A stretch of DNA of 64,000 nt from an uncultured Gemmatimonadaceae bacterium (GTDB taxonomy: Bacteria; Gemmatimonadota; Gemmatimonadetes; Gemmatimonadales; Gemmatimonadaceae), in assembly GCA_963781585.1 (NCBI GenBank), contig CAWAGQ010000007.1, positions 224,001 through 288,000 on the forward strand. The letters run 5' to 3'. Below the pieces are notes generated by a model, which saw only the letters and a program-made list of their open reading frames with translations, was not told the origin of the DNA and searched no databases. How positions within the stretch are numbered: position 1 is the first letter of the stretch; each line of letters begins with the position of its first letter. Below, piece by piece: positions 29,696 to 39,623 of this stretch. The position numbers were made by a program, and so were the translations under genes.

Positions 29696-31669
29696 ATGTC
29701 CCACCACTCAATTCGCGACGTTGCGCTGCGCGGTGTCCGGATCCTGTACGCCCGACTCCTGCCGCGTCGAGCAGGGTACGCGTCGCGCGCCACGGTGGTC
29801 CTGCTCGCGACCGCGGCGCTGTTCGGCGCTGTGCGTCGGGGTCGCCGATCGACGGACGCGGTGGGCGGTGCCCACGCCGCGTCCGGCGTCGGCCTCGGCG
29901 CTGGTCCATCCGCCGGGGTGCGACGCGGTGCGCTTGTGCGAAATGCGGTCGCGCACGATCTCTCGGCGCGCCTCGGTCCGATCGGGACAGCGGGCGGTTT
30001 CGACGGCGAACGACAGGGCGCGACTGCGCCGCCGCCGCCGGCCATCACCGTACCGGCGGGATCGCGAGACATCGAACAGACGTCCCAGGGCACGCGCCCC
30101 GCGGCGGAGTTCGTGGCGCGGTTCGATGGCCTCGGCGCCGGGTTCGCCGGGCCACAGGGCACCGTCACCGCGCGCAATCCATCCGACAACAGTCTGGCCG
30201 TGGGTCCGGACCACATCGTCCAGATCGTGAACTCGCGGATGGCGATCTTCAGCAAGGCGGGGCACCGATACGATTCCACCGGCCAGGTGCTGTACGGGCC
30301 GGTGCCTACCAACAACGTCTTCCGGGGCTTCGGCGGGTCGTGCGAGGCACGGAACAACGGGGACGCCGTGGTCCGCTACGACCAGCTGGCGGGGCGGTGG
30401 CTGATCGTGATGCCGATCTTCTCGCGCGGAGACGTTAGGCAGGACGACCAGCCGCCCGGCCGCTCGGGTGAGCCGGCCCGGCGCAGCCGGCCCGGCCAAC
30501 CCGGGCAGCCGGGAGCGTCGGTCCGCCTCTTCGAACCGCCGCCGCCGGACCCCGCCGACTCGGGACGTGGCGGGCGCCCGGGGCGGGGTGGGGGTCGCCA
30601 GACCGGCCGCGGCTCGCCAGGTCCCCAGGGGCAGTACGCGATGTGCTACGCCGTGAGCGTGGGCGACGACCCTTTCGGACCGTACTACCGCTACGAGTTC
30701 GTACGGCCGCTCTTCCCCGACTATCCGCGGCCCGCCATCTGGCCCGACGGCTACTACGTGCCGACCAGCACCGGCGATGACGTCATCCAGAAGCACGCCT
30801 GCGTGGCCGACCGCGTGCGGATGCTGAATGGGCTGGATGCCACCGAGCAGTGCGTGGTGATCGACCGCGTCAACTTCCTCAACAACGCGGACCTCGACGG
30901 CATGGCCCTTCCGCCGCGCGGCGCGCCGAACATCATGATGGCCACCGGCGGCACGCAGTTGAAGAAGGAGTTCGAGGGAGCCGCGATCTACGTCTGGACC
31001 TTTCACGTGGACTGGGCGGATCCGGCCGGAACGCGCGTCGCGGGGCCGACCCGGATTCCGGTGGCGCCGTATCACTATCTGTGCGACGGGCAGCTCACGA
31101 GCTGCGTGCCGCAGCCCGGCACCGATCGGCGGCTCGACGCCCAGGGCGACAAGCTGATGGCGCGGCTGGTCTACCGTCGGGTGGGGAACCGCGAGTGGAT
31201 CGTGGCCGTGCATTCGGTGAATACTGCGGCCGGCGGGGGCGGCGTGCGCTGGTACCAGTTCACGTTAGGCAGGGGACGCCGGGTGGCGCTCACCCAGCAG
31301 GGCACCTACGCCCCCGACAGCTTCTTCCGATGGATGGGCAGTCCGGCCATCGACCGCCGCGGCAACATCGCCATCGGCTACTCGTTCGGCGGGACGCCCA
31401 ATTTCGCCGGGCAGCGGTTCGCGGGACGCCTGGCTGACGATCCGAAGGGCCTCCTCACCCTCCGTGAGGCAGTGCTCGCGGAGGGTGAGGAGGTCCAGAC
31501 GAACACCCTGCGCTGGGAAGATTACGCCCAGACCGCTGTCGACCCGAGCGACGACTGCACGATCTGGTACGTCGGTGACTATATAATGAAAGGCGCCGCA
31601 GGCTATTCCACCCGCATCGGCGCCTTCCGGATGCCCGGATGCGGTTCCGCGCGAGACGCACGACGCTGA
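29696..31669 (+). CDS. Large secreted hypothetical protein (beta-propeller-like)
   Basis: PSDNSLAVGPDHIVQIVN, YDQLAGRW, FPDYPR, WMGSPAID, RWEDY..VDPSDDCTIW; start uncertain. Confidence 0.7.
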   Translation: MSHHSIRDVALRGVRILYARLLPRRAGYASRATVVLLATAALFGAVRRGRRSTDAVGGAHAASGVGLGAGPSAGVRRGALVRNAVAHDLSARLGPIGTAGGFDGERQGATAPPPPAITVPAGSRDIEQTSQGTRPAAEFVARFDGLGAGFAGPQGTVTARNPSDNSLAVGPDHIVQIVNSRMAIFSKAGHRYDSTGQVLYGPVPTNNVFRGFGGSCEARNNGDAVVRYDQLAGRWLIVMPIFSRGDVRQDDQPPGRSGEPARRSRPGQPGQPGASVRLFEPPPPDPADSGRGGRPGRGGGRQTGRGSPGPQGQYAMCYAVSVGDDPFGPYYRYEFVRPLFPDYPRPAIWPDGYYVPTSTGDDVIQKHACVADRVRMLNGLDATEQCVVIDRVNFLNNADLDGMALPPRGAPNIMMATGGTQLKKEFEGAAIYVWTFHVDWADPAGTRVAGPTRIPVAPYHYLCDGQLTSCVPQPGTDRRLDAQGDKLMARLVYRRVGNREWIVAVHSVNTAAGGGGVRWYQFTLGRGRRVALTQQGTYAPDSFFRWMGSPAIDRRGNIAIGYSFGGTPNFAGQRFAGRLADDPKGLLTLREAVLAEGEEVQTNTLRWEDYAQTAVDPSDDCTIWYVGDYIMKGAAGYSTRIGAFRMPGCGSARDARR

Positions 31670-31754
31670 TCCGGCCGCAGGAGCGGGCCGCGGCTGGCGC
31701 GTCGGAACCTCGTGATACACCACGCGTAGGGAGGATCATGATGGAGCGGCTCTC

Positions 31755-32504
31755 GTGACTCCGTGGGTTCTCAGGCTGCTGTTCGCCAACGTCGCGGTCT
31801 TCTTTCTGCAGATGACCATGCCGTCGCTGGCGAACAGCCTGGTGTTCGTCCCGGCACTGGTGCTCGTGCGCCCGTGGACCGTGGTCACGTACATGTTCCT
31901 GCACGGGAACTTCATGCACATCGCCTTCAACATGCTGGCCCTGTACTTCTTCGGGCCGCAGGTGGAGGCGCGGCTTGGATCGCAGCGCTTCGTGACGTTG
32001 TATTTCGTGAGCGGTATCTCGGGCGCCCTGCTGTCGATGGTGCTCGCGTTCAACGCGCCGATCATCGGTGCGTCGGCGGGCGTGTTCGGCGTGATGCTTG
32101 CCTTTGCGTACTTCTGGCCACACGCCCCGATCTACATCTGGGGCATTCTGCCGATTCCGGCACGCATCCTCGTGATCATCACGACGATCTTCTCGCTATG
32201 GAGCGGGCTGGGAGGTTCACGCGGCGGGATCGCCGACTTCGCTCATCTGGGCGGATACGCTGGTGCGTATCTCTACCTGCGGTGGCTGCAGCGCGCGGCC
32301 GGCGCGCCGCGCCGGCGCGCCGAGCAGGTCGCAAAGGCCGCCGCCCCATCGGTGGCCAACTGGCGCTCGATCGACACCAGGCGGGTGCACGAGATCAACC
32401 GCGACGAAGTGAACCGGATCCTCGACAAGATCAATGCTTCGGGGATCGATTCGCTCACCGCGGCGGAACGGACATTCCTCTCGAACTTCGTGCCGCATGA
32501 ATAG
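31755..32504 (+). CDS. Rhomboid intramembrane serine protease with C-terminal helical domain
   Basis: TYMFLHG..HIAFNM, GASAG, AHLGG; VNRILDKINASG tail. Confidence 0.92.
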   Translation: MTPWVLRLLFANVAVFFLQMTMPSLANSLVFVPALVLVRPWTVVTYMFLHGNFMHIAFNMLALYFFGPQVEARLGSQRFVTLYFVSGISGALLSMVLAFNAPIIGASAGVFGVMLAFAYFWPHAPIYIWGILPIPARILVIITTIFSLWSGLGGSRGGIADFAHLGGYAGAYLYLRWLQRAAGAPRRRAEQVAKAAAPSVANWRSIDTRRVHEINRDEVNRILDKINASGIDSLTAAERTFLSNFVPHE

Positions 32505-32582
32505 GGAGAGGAGGCCGGAAGTCACAGGCCACAGTACGTTGTGAGCCATGACCGGTTAGCCGTGAGCTTGTGGTTCCGCCCT

Positions 32583-33245
32583 TCACGCCCCGCTGTGCTG
32601 TAGCTCCGACGCCCGCCGCAGCAGCTCCACCACCTCTCCGTCGCTGGTCTCCGAAAAGTCGTCGTACCACATTCCGACGCCGTAGAACGGCTCGGGCGTC
32701 GCGGCGCAAATGCAGCGATCCGCGACCTGCCACAGCATCTCGCACGCCTGAGTGGACGCCACCGGTGTTGCCGCGACGACCTCGCGCGGGGTCCTGGTGC
32801 GCACCGCGTGCACGGCGGCGAGCATCGATGAGCCGGTGGCCAGTCCGTCGTCGACGAGAATCACGGTGAGCCCGGTGAGGTCCGGGAACGGCCGGGCCCG
32901 CCGATAGAGCTGCTCGCGGCGCGCCAGCTCGCGCGATTCCATCTCGACGATGCGCTCGATCTCTGCCTGCTCCACGCCGATTCGTGTGACGGTGTCGCGA
33001 TCGAGGTAGACCAGGCCTCCGCTGGCGATGGCGCCGAGGGCGAACTCCTCGTTCCACGGAGCGCCGATCTTGCGGACCATGAAGACATCGAGCGGCGCAT
33101 GAATCGCGGTCGCCACCTCGAAGGCGACAGGCACGCCGCCGCGAGGCAGCCCGAGCACGATCACGTCCGGGCGACCCCGGTATTCCACGAGGTGCTGCGC
33201 GAGTACCCGCCCAGCCTGTCGCCGGTCGCCGAATAGTTTCATCAT
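32583..33245 (-). CDS. Phosphoribosyltransferase family protein
   Basis: LGLPRGGVPV, VILVDDGLATGSS. Confidence 0.9.
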   Translation of the reverse strand: MMKLFGDRRQAGRVLAQHLVEYRGRPDVIVLGLPRGGVPVAFEVATAIHAPLDVFMVRKIGAPWNEEFALGAIASGGLVYLDRDTVTRIGVEQAEIERIVEMESRELARREQLYRRARPFPDLTGLTVILVDDGLATGSSMLAAVHAVRTRTPREVVAATPVASTQACEMLWQVADRCICAATPEPFYGVGMWYDDFSETSDGEVVELLRRASELQHSGA

Positions 33246-33554
33246 GCGCCGTCTCCGCGAGTGTGCCGCCGCGGCCCGCTGGTTGATCTCCTGGCACGTA
33301 CACCAACGTCAATGTGCACACCGGTTCCGGTCGCTTCAATCGTGCGGGCCGATGCGGCGACACACAATCAGGGAAGGGCAGGCGTCTGTGGGGGAAAAGC
33401 ACAGCGGAAGAATCCTCACGCAGCGGCGACACTCCCCGGATAGACCATCGGCGCCGGGGCCGGCAGCTTCATCACACGATGCAGAACCGCCTGCCACTCA
33501 CGCGGGTAGGACCAACGTTGTGCCGCGAGCCAGATCCGGATGGAGGAAACGCCC

Positions 33555-34238
33555 ATGATCACCAGGGACACGATTCAGGAATTGCCGGTGCGAATTGGCA
33601 TCGCCGGCAAATCTCTCGACGGCGATCTGTCGATGGTGCCGGATGCGGACGGACTCATCATCTTTGCGCATGGGAGCGGCAGCAGCCGCTTCAGTCCACG
33701 CAATCGCGCCGTGGCGAGCGCGCTGTGGAATGCCGGCTTCGATACGCTACTCCTCGACCTGCTGACGAGAGAAGAGGAGAGCATCGACGTGTTCACGGGA
33801 AGACTCCGCTTCGACATCGGATTGCTTGCCGATCGGGTTGTGGCCGCCGTGGACTACGCCCGCCTCGAGCCGCGGACGCGGGAGCGCCCCATCGGGCTCT
33901 TCGGTGCCAGTACCGGCGCCGCGGCCGCGCTGGTTGCCGCAGCGCATGTGCCGGACTATGTGGGCGCTGTCGTTTCACGCGGAGGGCGTCCCGATCTCGC
34001 GGATGGCTCGCTGGCCAGAGTGCGTGCACCAACGTTGCTTATCGTGGGTGGTGACGACACCGAGGTGATCACGATGAATCGGGAGGCGCTTGGCCACCTG
34101 CGATGCGAGAAGCAGCTCACGGTGGTGCCGGGGGCCACGCATCTCTTCGAGGAGGCCGGTGCACTCGAAACGGTGTCGACCCTCGCCGCGCAATGGTTCG
34201 AGCGTTACCTCGCGCCCAGGATCGTGCGTCCGGCGTAG
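33555..34238 (+). CDS. Dienelactone-hydrolase-like alpha/beta hydrolase
   Basis: FAHGSGSSR, GASTG, SRGGRPDLA, HLFEE; GGAGG RBS. Confidence 0.9.
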   Translation: MITRDTIQELPVRIGIAGKSLDGDLSMVPDADGLIIFAHGSGSSRFSPRNRAVASALWNAGFDTLLLDLLTREEESIDVFTGRLRFDIGLLADRVVAAVDYARLEPRTRERPIGLFGASTGAAAALVAAAHVPDYVGAVVSRGGRPDLADGSLARVRAPTLLIVGGDDTEVITMNREALGHLRCEKQLTVVPGATHLFEEAGALETVSTLAAQWFERYLAPRIVRPA

Positions 34239-34275
34239 CCACAAAAAAGGCGAGGAGCGGGCGCTCCGCCTCTAG

Positions 34276-35492
34276 GGAAGCTCTGCACAGGGTGCTGCGT
34301 GGACGGCATGCATGAGTGATCGACTGGTTAGGCGGATAACAGGGTTGGGGCGACGCCCGGTTCGGATCGGTCCCGACCATCGGTTGGCGTGCGGCGGCTC
34401 CGTCGCGAGTGCGCGGGAGGTCTTACGTCAGGCATGGGCGGAATCCTCGGGGGAGCAAGCGGCGCCGCATCCGATAGAGATTGGCCAACCCGAACATGGT
34501 GTACGCACGCGCCGCATTCTTCGCGAGACCGCGGTACCGCACTTTCATGAAGCCCCAGAGGTATTTCACCACCTGAAAGGGATGCTCCCCGAGGGCCCGG
34601 CACTGGGACCGCGTCCGGTTGACTGCCTTCTGGTGCGGGGTCAGCGGGTGTGTCGTCGTGCCGCGCCGGTTCACCCGATAGGTCCCACCTGAGAGCTGCC
34701 ACTGCTGGCGATGATCTTCCTTCCAATAGGCTTGATCCCCGTAGACCACCCGCTCCGTCCCGAGCAGCAAGGCCGGCAGTTGGGTGATATCCGCCACCGC
34801 GGCATCCGTCGCGATCACGTGGTGCACCACCCCGTGCGTGTCGGTCCCCACGTGGAGTTTCATCCCGAAGTGCCACGACTTGCCCTTCCGGGTCTGGCGC
34901 ATCTCGGGATCCCGCGCCTTGTCGGCGTTCTTCGTCGACCCCGGCGCCGCGATGATCGTCGCATCCACGATCGTCCCCGCCTTCAAGAGCAACCGTTTCT
35001 CCGCCAACAGCGCGCGGATCTCGGCGAAGATCGCTTCCGTGAGCTGATGCCGCTCCAAGAGGTGCCGGAACCGCAGGATGGTGGTCTCGTCCGGGATCAC
35101 GTCCTCGCCCAACTCCACCCCGGCGAAGCGCCGCATCGACTCACTATCATAGATGGTGTCCTCGGCCTGCGGATCGGACAAGTTGAACCACTGCTGCAGA
35201 AAGTAGACGCGCAACATCCGCTCCAGCCCGATCGGCTGCCGGCCGTTGCCGGCCTTCGGGTAATGCGGGGCAATCACCGCGAGCAGCCGCTGCCAGGGGA
35301 TGACGGCGTCCATCTCCGCAAGAAAGCGTTCGCGCCGCGTCACCCGTCCCTTCATACTCCACGCCATCGACGCCAAGGTCCGCTGCTGTCCCATGGGAAG
35401 GCCTCCGATACGGGAACCAACCGGTCAGGAGATCACGCCTCGCCTAACGAGACAGCAATATAGCATCATTCCTTCACTTGTGCAGAGTTTCC
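34276..35492 (-). mobile_element. Complete IS5-family insertion sequence (1217 bp)
   Basis: Imperfect TIRs GGAAGCTCTGCACA / TGTGCAGAGTTTCC; CTAG duplicated at 34272-34275 and 35493-35496. Confidence 0.93.
34423..35394 (-). CDS. IS5-family DDE transposase
   Basis: MLRVYFLQQWFNLSD, PDETTILRFR, IVDATII, GMKLHVG, YGDQAY, EHPF, RYRGLAKN. Confidence 0.96.
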   Translation of the reverse strand: MGQQRTLASMAWSMKGRVTRRERFLAEMDAVIPWQRLLAVIAPHYPKAGNGRQPIGLERMLRVYFLQQWFNLSDPQAEDTIYDSESMRRFAGVELGEDVIPDETTILRFRHLLERHQLTEAIFAEIRALLAEKRLLLKAGTIVDATIIAAPGSTKNADKARDPEMRQTRKGKSWHFGMKLHVGTDTHGVVHHVIATDAAVADITQLPALLLGTERVVYGDQAYWKEDHRQQWQLSGGTYRVNRRGTTTHPLTPHQKAVNRTRSQCRALGEHPFQVVKYLWGFMKVRYRGLAKNAARAYTMFGLANLYRMRRRLLPRGFRPCLT

Positions 35493-35849
35493 CTAGGAGT
35501 GGCCAGCTACCTCACTCGGCATGCACGCCTTCCCGCCTTCGGCGCGCTGCCCCCGGCTGGCACGGCTTGGGGGCTGCATTCGCGGAGCGCCCGCTCCTCG
35601 AATCAAGCGAATCTCGCAGCACGGCGGGGATCGCGAAGTCCTCCAGGCCCCCCGGTTTCTGTCAGGGAGTCGCCGCATTGGTTAGCTTCCGGTTCTCGCC
35701 TGGCCCGCGTTTCGGCCCTGGAAGACGCATCCTTCAGCCCCTTTGGGAGCGCCTGACCTGCTGAGGGTAGTTTGCCTACAGACGCACTGCACGGCCGCCG
35801 GTAGGCTGCGTTTGTCAAGGCGAGACGTCGTCTACGGAGAGGAGGTCAT

Positions 35850-36461
35850 ATGATCAGAATCCGCGACATCATGACCAGGGAAGTGGTCAGCGTCAGTCCC
35901 GACCTTTGCATTCGGGACGCCATGGACCTGCTCTCCTCACGGCATCTGAGTGGCGTCCCTGTGCTGGAGGGGCGTGAGGTGGCAGGTGTGGTGACCGGCA
36001 CCGATCTGATGGCCTTCGCCGCGGGACTTCCCGGCACGCCGGTGGAAAGGGAGGTGTTCGAGGAGGCGGAGGAGGAAGAGGACGCCTCGAGCGAGATGGA
36101 CGAAGACGACGTGGAATCCAGTGGCTCGTATTTCACGGAGATGTGGTCTGATGCCGGGGCTGACGTGGACGTCCGGTTCGCCAACGTGTCGGGACCAGAG
36201 TGGAATGCTCTGGATGAGCACACGGTCTCTGAGGCGATGACCCGCTCGCCGATCATCAAGCTGCCGCCCGATACGCCGGTTGAGGCCGCCGCCGCGTTCA
36301 TGAAGGAGCACGGCGTGCACCGGGTGCTGGTCACCGACGGGCCGACGTTGCTCGGCGTCGTGACGGTAACGGACGTGTCGAACGCGGTGGCCGAGCACAA
36401 GCTCACCAGTCGCACGTACGTGTTCGGCAAGGACCGCCGGTTCGACAACCGGGGATGGTGA
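35850..36461 (+). CDS. CBS-domain protein with acidic insert
   Basis: IRDIMTREV..SGVPV; VHRVLV..GVVTVTD; GGAGG RBS. Confidence 0.88.
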   Translation: MIRIRDIMTREVVSVSPDLCIRDAMDLLSSRHLSGVPVLEGREVAGVVTGTDLMAFAAGLPGTPVEREVFEEAEEEEDASSEMDEDDVESSGSYFTEMWSDAGADVDVRFANVSGPEWNALDEHTVSEAMTRSPIIKLPPDTPVEAAAAFMKEHGVHRVLVTDGPTLLGVVTVTDVSNAVAEHKLTSRTYVFGKDRRFDNRGW

Positions 36462-36464
36462 CGC

Positions 36465-36941
36465 TCACGACACTGGGTGCTGGTGGCTCGCCGCAGAAAC
36501 AGCCGGGTCCCCGTGACGTCGTCTGCGCCGGTGAACCGGTCGCGGCCCGACGACAACGCGAGGCCGCAGGCGCTCGATGACGTCTGCCTCCCGCAGCATG
36601 CCCAGCAGCTCCCCCTCACGGGTGACGACGGGAATCCGCCGTACGTCGGCCGCTTCCATCTTCCGCCACGCGTCGCCGATGCTGTCGTCAGGACTCACCG
36701 TATGCAGAGGTGCCGGCGTCATGTGGTCGCGCGTCAGGCATCCCGGTAGATGCCGTCTCGCGACGCAGCGTGCGGCGATGTCGCGCGCCGTGATGATGCC
36801 GACCAGCACCGGATGCTCCCGATCGAGCACTACCGGCACGCAGGCGTCGGTGTCGTAGTGCATGACCTCCGCCGCGCTCGCCACCAGGTCGTCTGGGGTC
36901 ACAACGAACGGGTACCGCTTCATGATATCGCGGGCTTTCAT
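36465..36941 (-). CDS. CBS-domain protein
   Basis: MKARDIM..VGIITARD..VRRIPVV. Confidence 0.85.
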   Translation of the reverse strand: MKARDIMKRYPFVVTPDDLVASAAEVMHYDTDACVPVVLDREHPVLVGIITARDIAARCVARRHLPGCLTRDHMTPAPLHTVSPDDSIGDAWRKMEAADVRRIPVVTREGELLGMLREADVIERLRPRVVVGPRPVHRRRRRHGDPAVSAASHQHPVS

Positions 36942-37242
36942 GACCCACCTCCCGCACGGACAACGGTCCGCACCCTGACATGATGCAGCCCCTGGCGCTG
37001 CCCAGCAATCGGGGAATGTACGGAGCGTTGCTGACGAACCGCTGATGCAGCGGAACGATCGCGATCTCCTTCCGTGAACGCGTGCGTTCTCCCTGACGCG
37101 TCGGGGTGCTTGGTCCGACAGACAAAGGACACTGGCGCGTTGCACCTTGACTCCGCATGAAGGGGGCCGGGCCCCACCGTCGCGCCGCGGCGGTGACCTA
37201 ACGCCCGGCCCGGAGCCGAGCCTGGACTGGCCAGGAGGAACG

Positions 37243-37899
37243 ATGAAAACCGATTCGCAACTCAGACAGGATGTCGTCGATGAGCTCCGGTGGGAGCCCA
37301 GCATCAACGAGAAGGCGATTGGCGTGGCCGCGAAGGACGGGATAGTCACGCTCGCCGGGTTTGTCGACAATTACGCTCAGAAATTCGCGGCCGAGCGGGC
37401 CACCGAGCGGGTCAGTGGCGTACGAGCGCTGGCCGATGACCTCACGGTGAAGATTCCGAACGCACTGCAGCGCTCTGATACCGATATCGCCGCGGCCGCC
37501 ATCAAGGCGCTCGACTGGGATATCGAAGTGCCCGACAAGAACGTGAAGGTGCGAGTGGAGAATGGCTGGGTGTGGCTGGACGGGAACGTGGAGTGGCAAT
37601 TCGAGAAGACGGCGGCGGAACGGGCAGTCCGCTACCTCATGGGGGTGAAGGGCGTTACCAACATGATCCGTCTGATGCCCAAGGCGGCTTCCCCGGTCGA
37701 GGTGAGCACCAAGATCAAGGACGCGCTGCGTCGCACCGCCGAGTTCGATGCCGGCCGGATCGAGGTCGAGGCGCTGAACGGCAAGGTGACGCTGCGCGGC
37801 GCCGTGCGATCGTTCGCGGAGCGGGAGGATGCGGAGAGGGCTGCGTGGGCGGCGCCGGGAGTGACTGCGGTCGAGGACAAGCTGATGGTGGGTGTGTAG
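37243..37899 (+). CDS. Triple BON-domain protein (OsmY-like)
   Basis: DGIVTLAG, NGWVWLDG, GKVTLRG..AAWAAPGV; AGGAGG RBS. Confidence 0.92.
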   Translation: MKTDSQLRQDVVDELRWEPSINEKAIGVAAKDGIVTLAGFVDNYAQKFAAERATERVSGVRALADDLTVKIPNALQRSDTDIAAAAIKALDWDIEVPDKNVKVRVENGWVWLDGNVEWQFEKTAAERAVRYLMGVKGVTNMIRLMPKAASPVEVSTKIKDALRRTAEFDAGRIEVEALNGKVTLRGAVRSFAEREDAERAAWAAPGVTAVEDKLMVGV

Positions 37900-38188
37900 C
37901 GACGGTCTGTCGCCTCACGTGAGGCGCTGCCGATTGGCTGCAAACGCGGGTCGGCGGGGGAGAGGCGGAACGCCATCGGAGGAAGGCTCCGACGCTGGAG
38001 CCGGGGGGGGTGCGCTCATCGTGCGCACCCCCCTCGCGCGTCAGGTGTTGCGACCGGGCGAGGCGTGTGTATGGACGACGGTGGGTCCGAGGGGCACGGA
38101 CAGACGACGGCCTGCCCGACCTGTGCGTTGCTCCACGAATCGACGAGACAGGCGGCGAAGACGGGCCTGACCGACTCACTTACTCGCG

Positions 38189-39452
38189 CTAATCGTCGCG
38201 CAGCACCGTGACCGGATCCACGCGCGCTGCGCGCAACGCCCAGCGCCAGTCGGATGGCAATCTCGCGTCGGCGTCGCAGGGCCCGGATGAGCAGGAGGTT
38301 CGCAACGTTCGCGCAGGTGATCAGCAGCAGCGCGAGAGCAACGCCCGCCAGCCTGAGCGCGATGGACAAGTCCTGCGGCACCGTCCCAGGCCCACGATTG
38401 GCGATGACGGAACCCAGGCGGAGTGGCCGAACGGAATCGGCTGGCGACTCCCGGTAGTAGCCGGCCCGATATGCCGCCGCGATGCGTGGAGCGAGGTGCG
38501 CGTCCGTCACGCCGTCATTCGCCCGAATGAGTATCGGGAGGTGGATGTCCTGCGTGCGGTACCAGGGGACTCCGTCGTGTCCGTGAACACTCGCCGCACT
38601 CAAGGGCATCCAGAGGTCGACTGCCGGCGCATCGAGTCCGACAAACCCGCGTGGTGCGACTCCGATCACCGTGTACGGGGCATTCGCAACCCGGATGCTC
38701 CGCCCCACGACACCAGGATCCCCGCCGAACGCGCGCTTCCAGAACGCGAAGCTCAATACGGCAACCGGACTCGGGGCCGCGACGTCGTCCTCGTCTGGTG
38801 TGAAGAAGCGGCCAATGGCCGGACGTTCAACCAGCAACGGGAGATACCCGGCGGTGACGAACTGTCTGTAGACGGGCACGTCACCGCCGGTGTGCGCCAC
38901 GGCTGTCGACTCGGGATACAGTTGCGTGGCCACGCGGGCCGCTCCGCGCACGCCGTCGCGGATGCCCACGAAGTCCGGATAGCTGAAGATCGCGTTGAAG
39001 GTCGTGCCACCGGACCACTGTCGGGGATAGGCCACCCACAATCGATGGACCTGTTCCGGGGCGACGACACCCTCGGGCGGCAGGAGCAGCAGGCGAGCGA
39101 CGACGCTGTAGATCGCCGCGTTGGCGCCGATGCCGAGTGCGAAGGTCGCGACGACTATCGCCGCAAGACCCGGCGCGCGACGCACTCCTCGCCACGCGAA
39201 GGTCAGGTCCTGCCGCAGGCGGTCGCTGATGGCGAATCCCGCTGCCTGCCGCGTCTGCTCCTGATATGCGGACTGGTTGCCGAACCTGCGACGCGCGGCG
39301 AACACCGCCTCGTCAGGGGCGGCGCCGGCGTGCGCCTGTTGCATTGCCTCGAGCGCGCGATGGAACCGTTGCTCCTCGGCCATCTCCCGCGCGTACATGT
39401 CGCCGCGCATGAGTACGAGGAGCCGATGACGCAGGCCATGGAGAAGCGACAC
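38189..39452 (-). pseudogene. Duplicated orphan ABC permease with large internal deletion
   Basis: Normal N-half to RRREIAIRLALG, then directly, in another frame, the family C-terminus LRAARVDPVTVLRDD-stop. Confidence 0.85.
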
Positions 39453-39623
39453 GGAGCGACGCCTCACATGGACAGAGTATTCGTAATATGAAGTCCATCT
39501 ACCTATATGGGGGCCGCGTCCCGGGGTCAAGACCGCGGCCTCTGGCCGGGTGGCGGCAGCTACGTTCTCGGCCCAAAGAGCCACGCGCGTCGATCCGCTG
39601 GTCCCCTTCCGGGAGGGGTGAGG

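Larger units (their letters stand above)
34251..35600. repeat. 19-bp inverted repeat pair (REP-like palindromes) bracketing the IS
   Basis: CGAGGAGCGGGCGCTCCGC at 34251-34269 and its exact reverse complement at 35582-35600. Confidence 0.8.

Noticed and set aside
29443..30357. N-terminal half of the 580-aa minus ORF
   Set aside because: Overlaps the plus-strand gene; RBS and signal peptide place the start at 29442
35700..35820. Third c-di-GMP riboswitch on the minus strand (GGCAAAC)
   Set aside because: No GCAAAGC junction or convincing P2/P3 and no clear downstream gene
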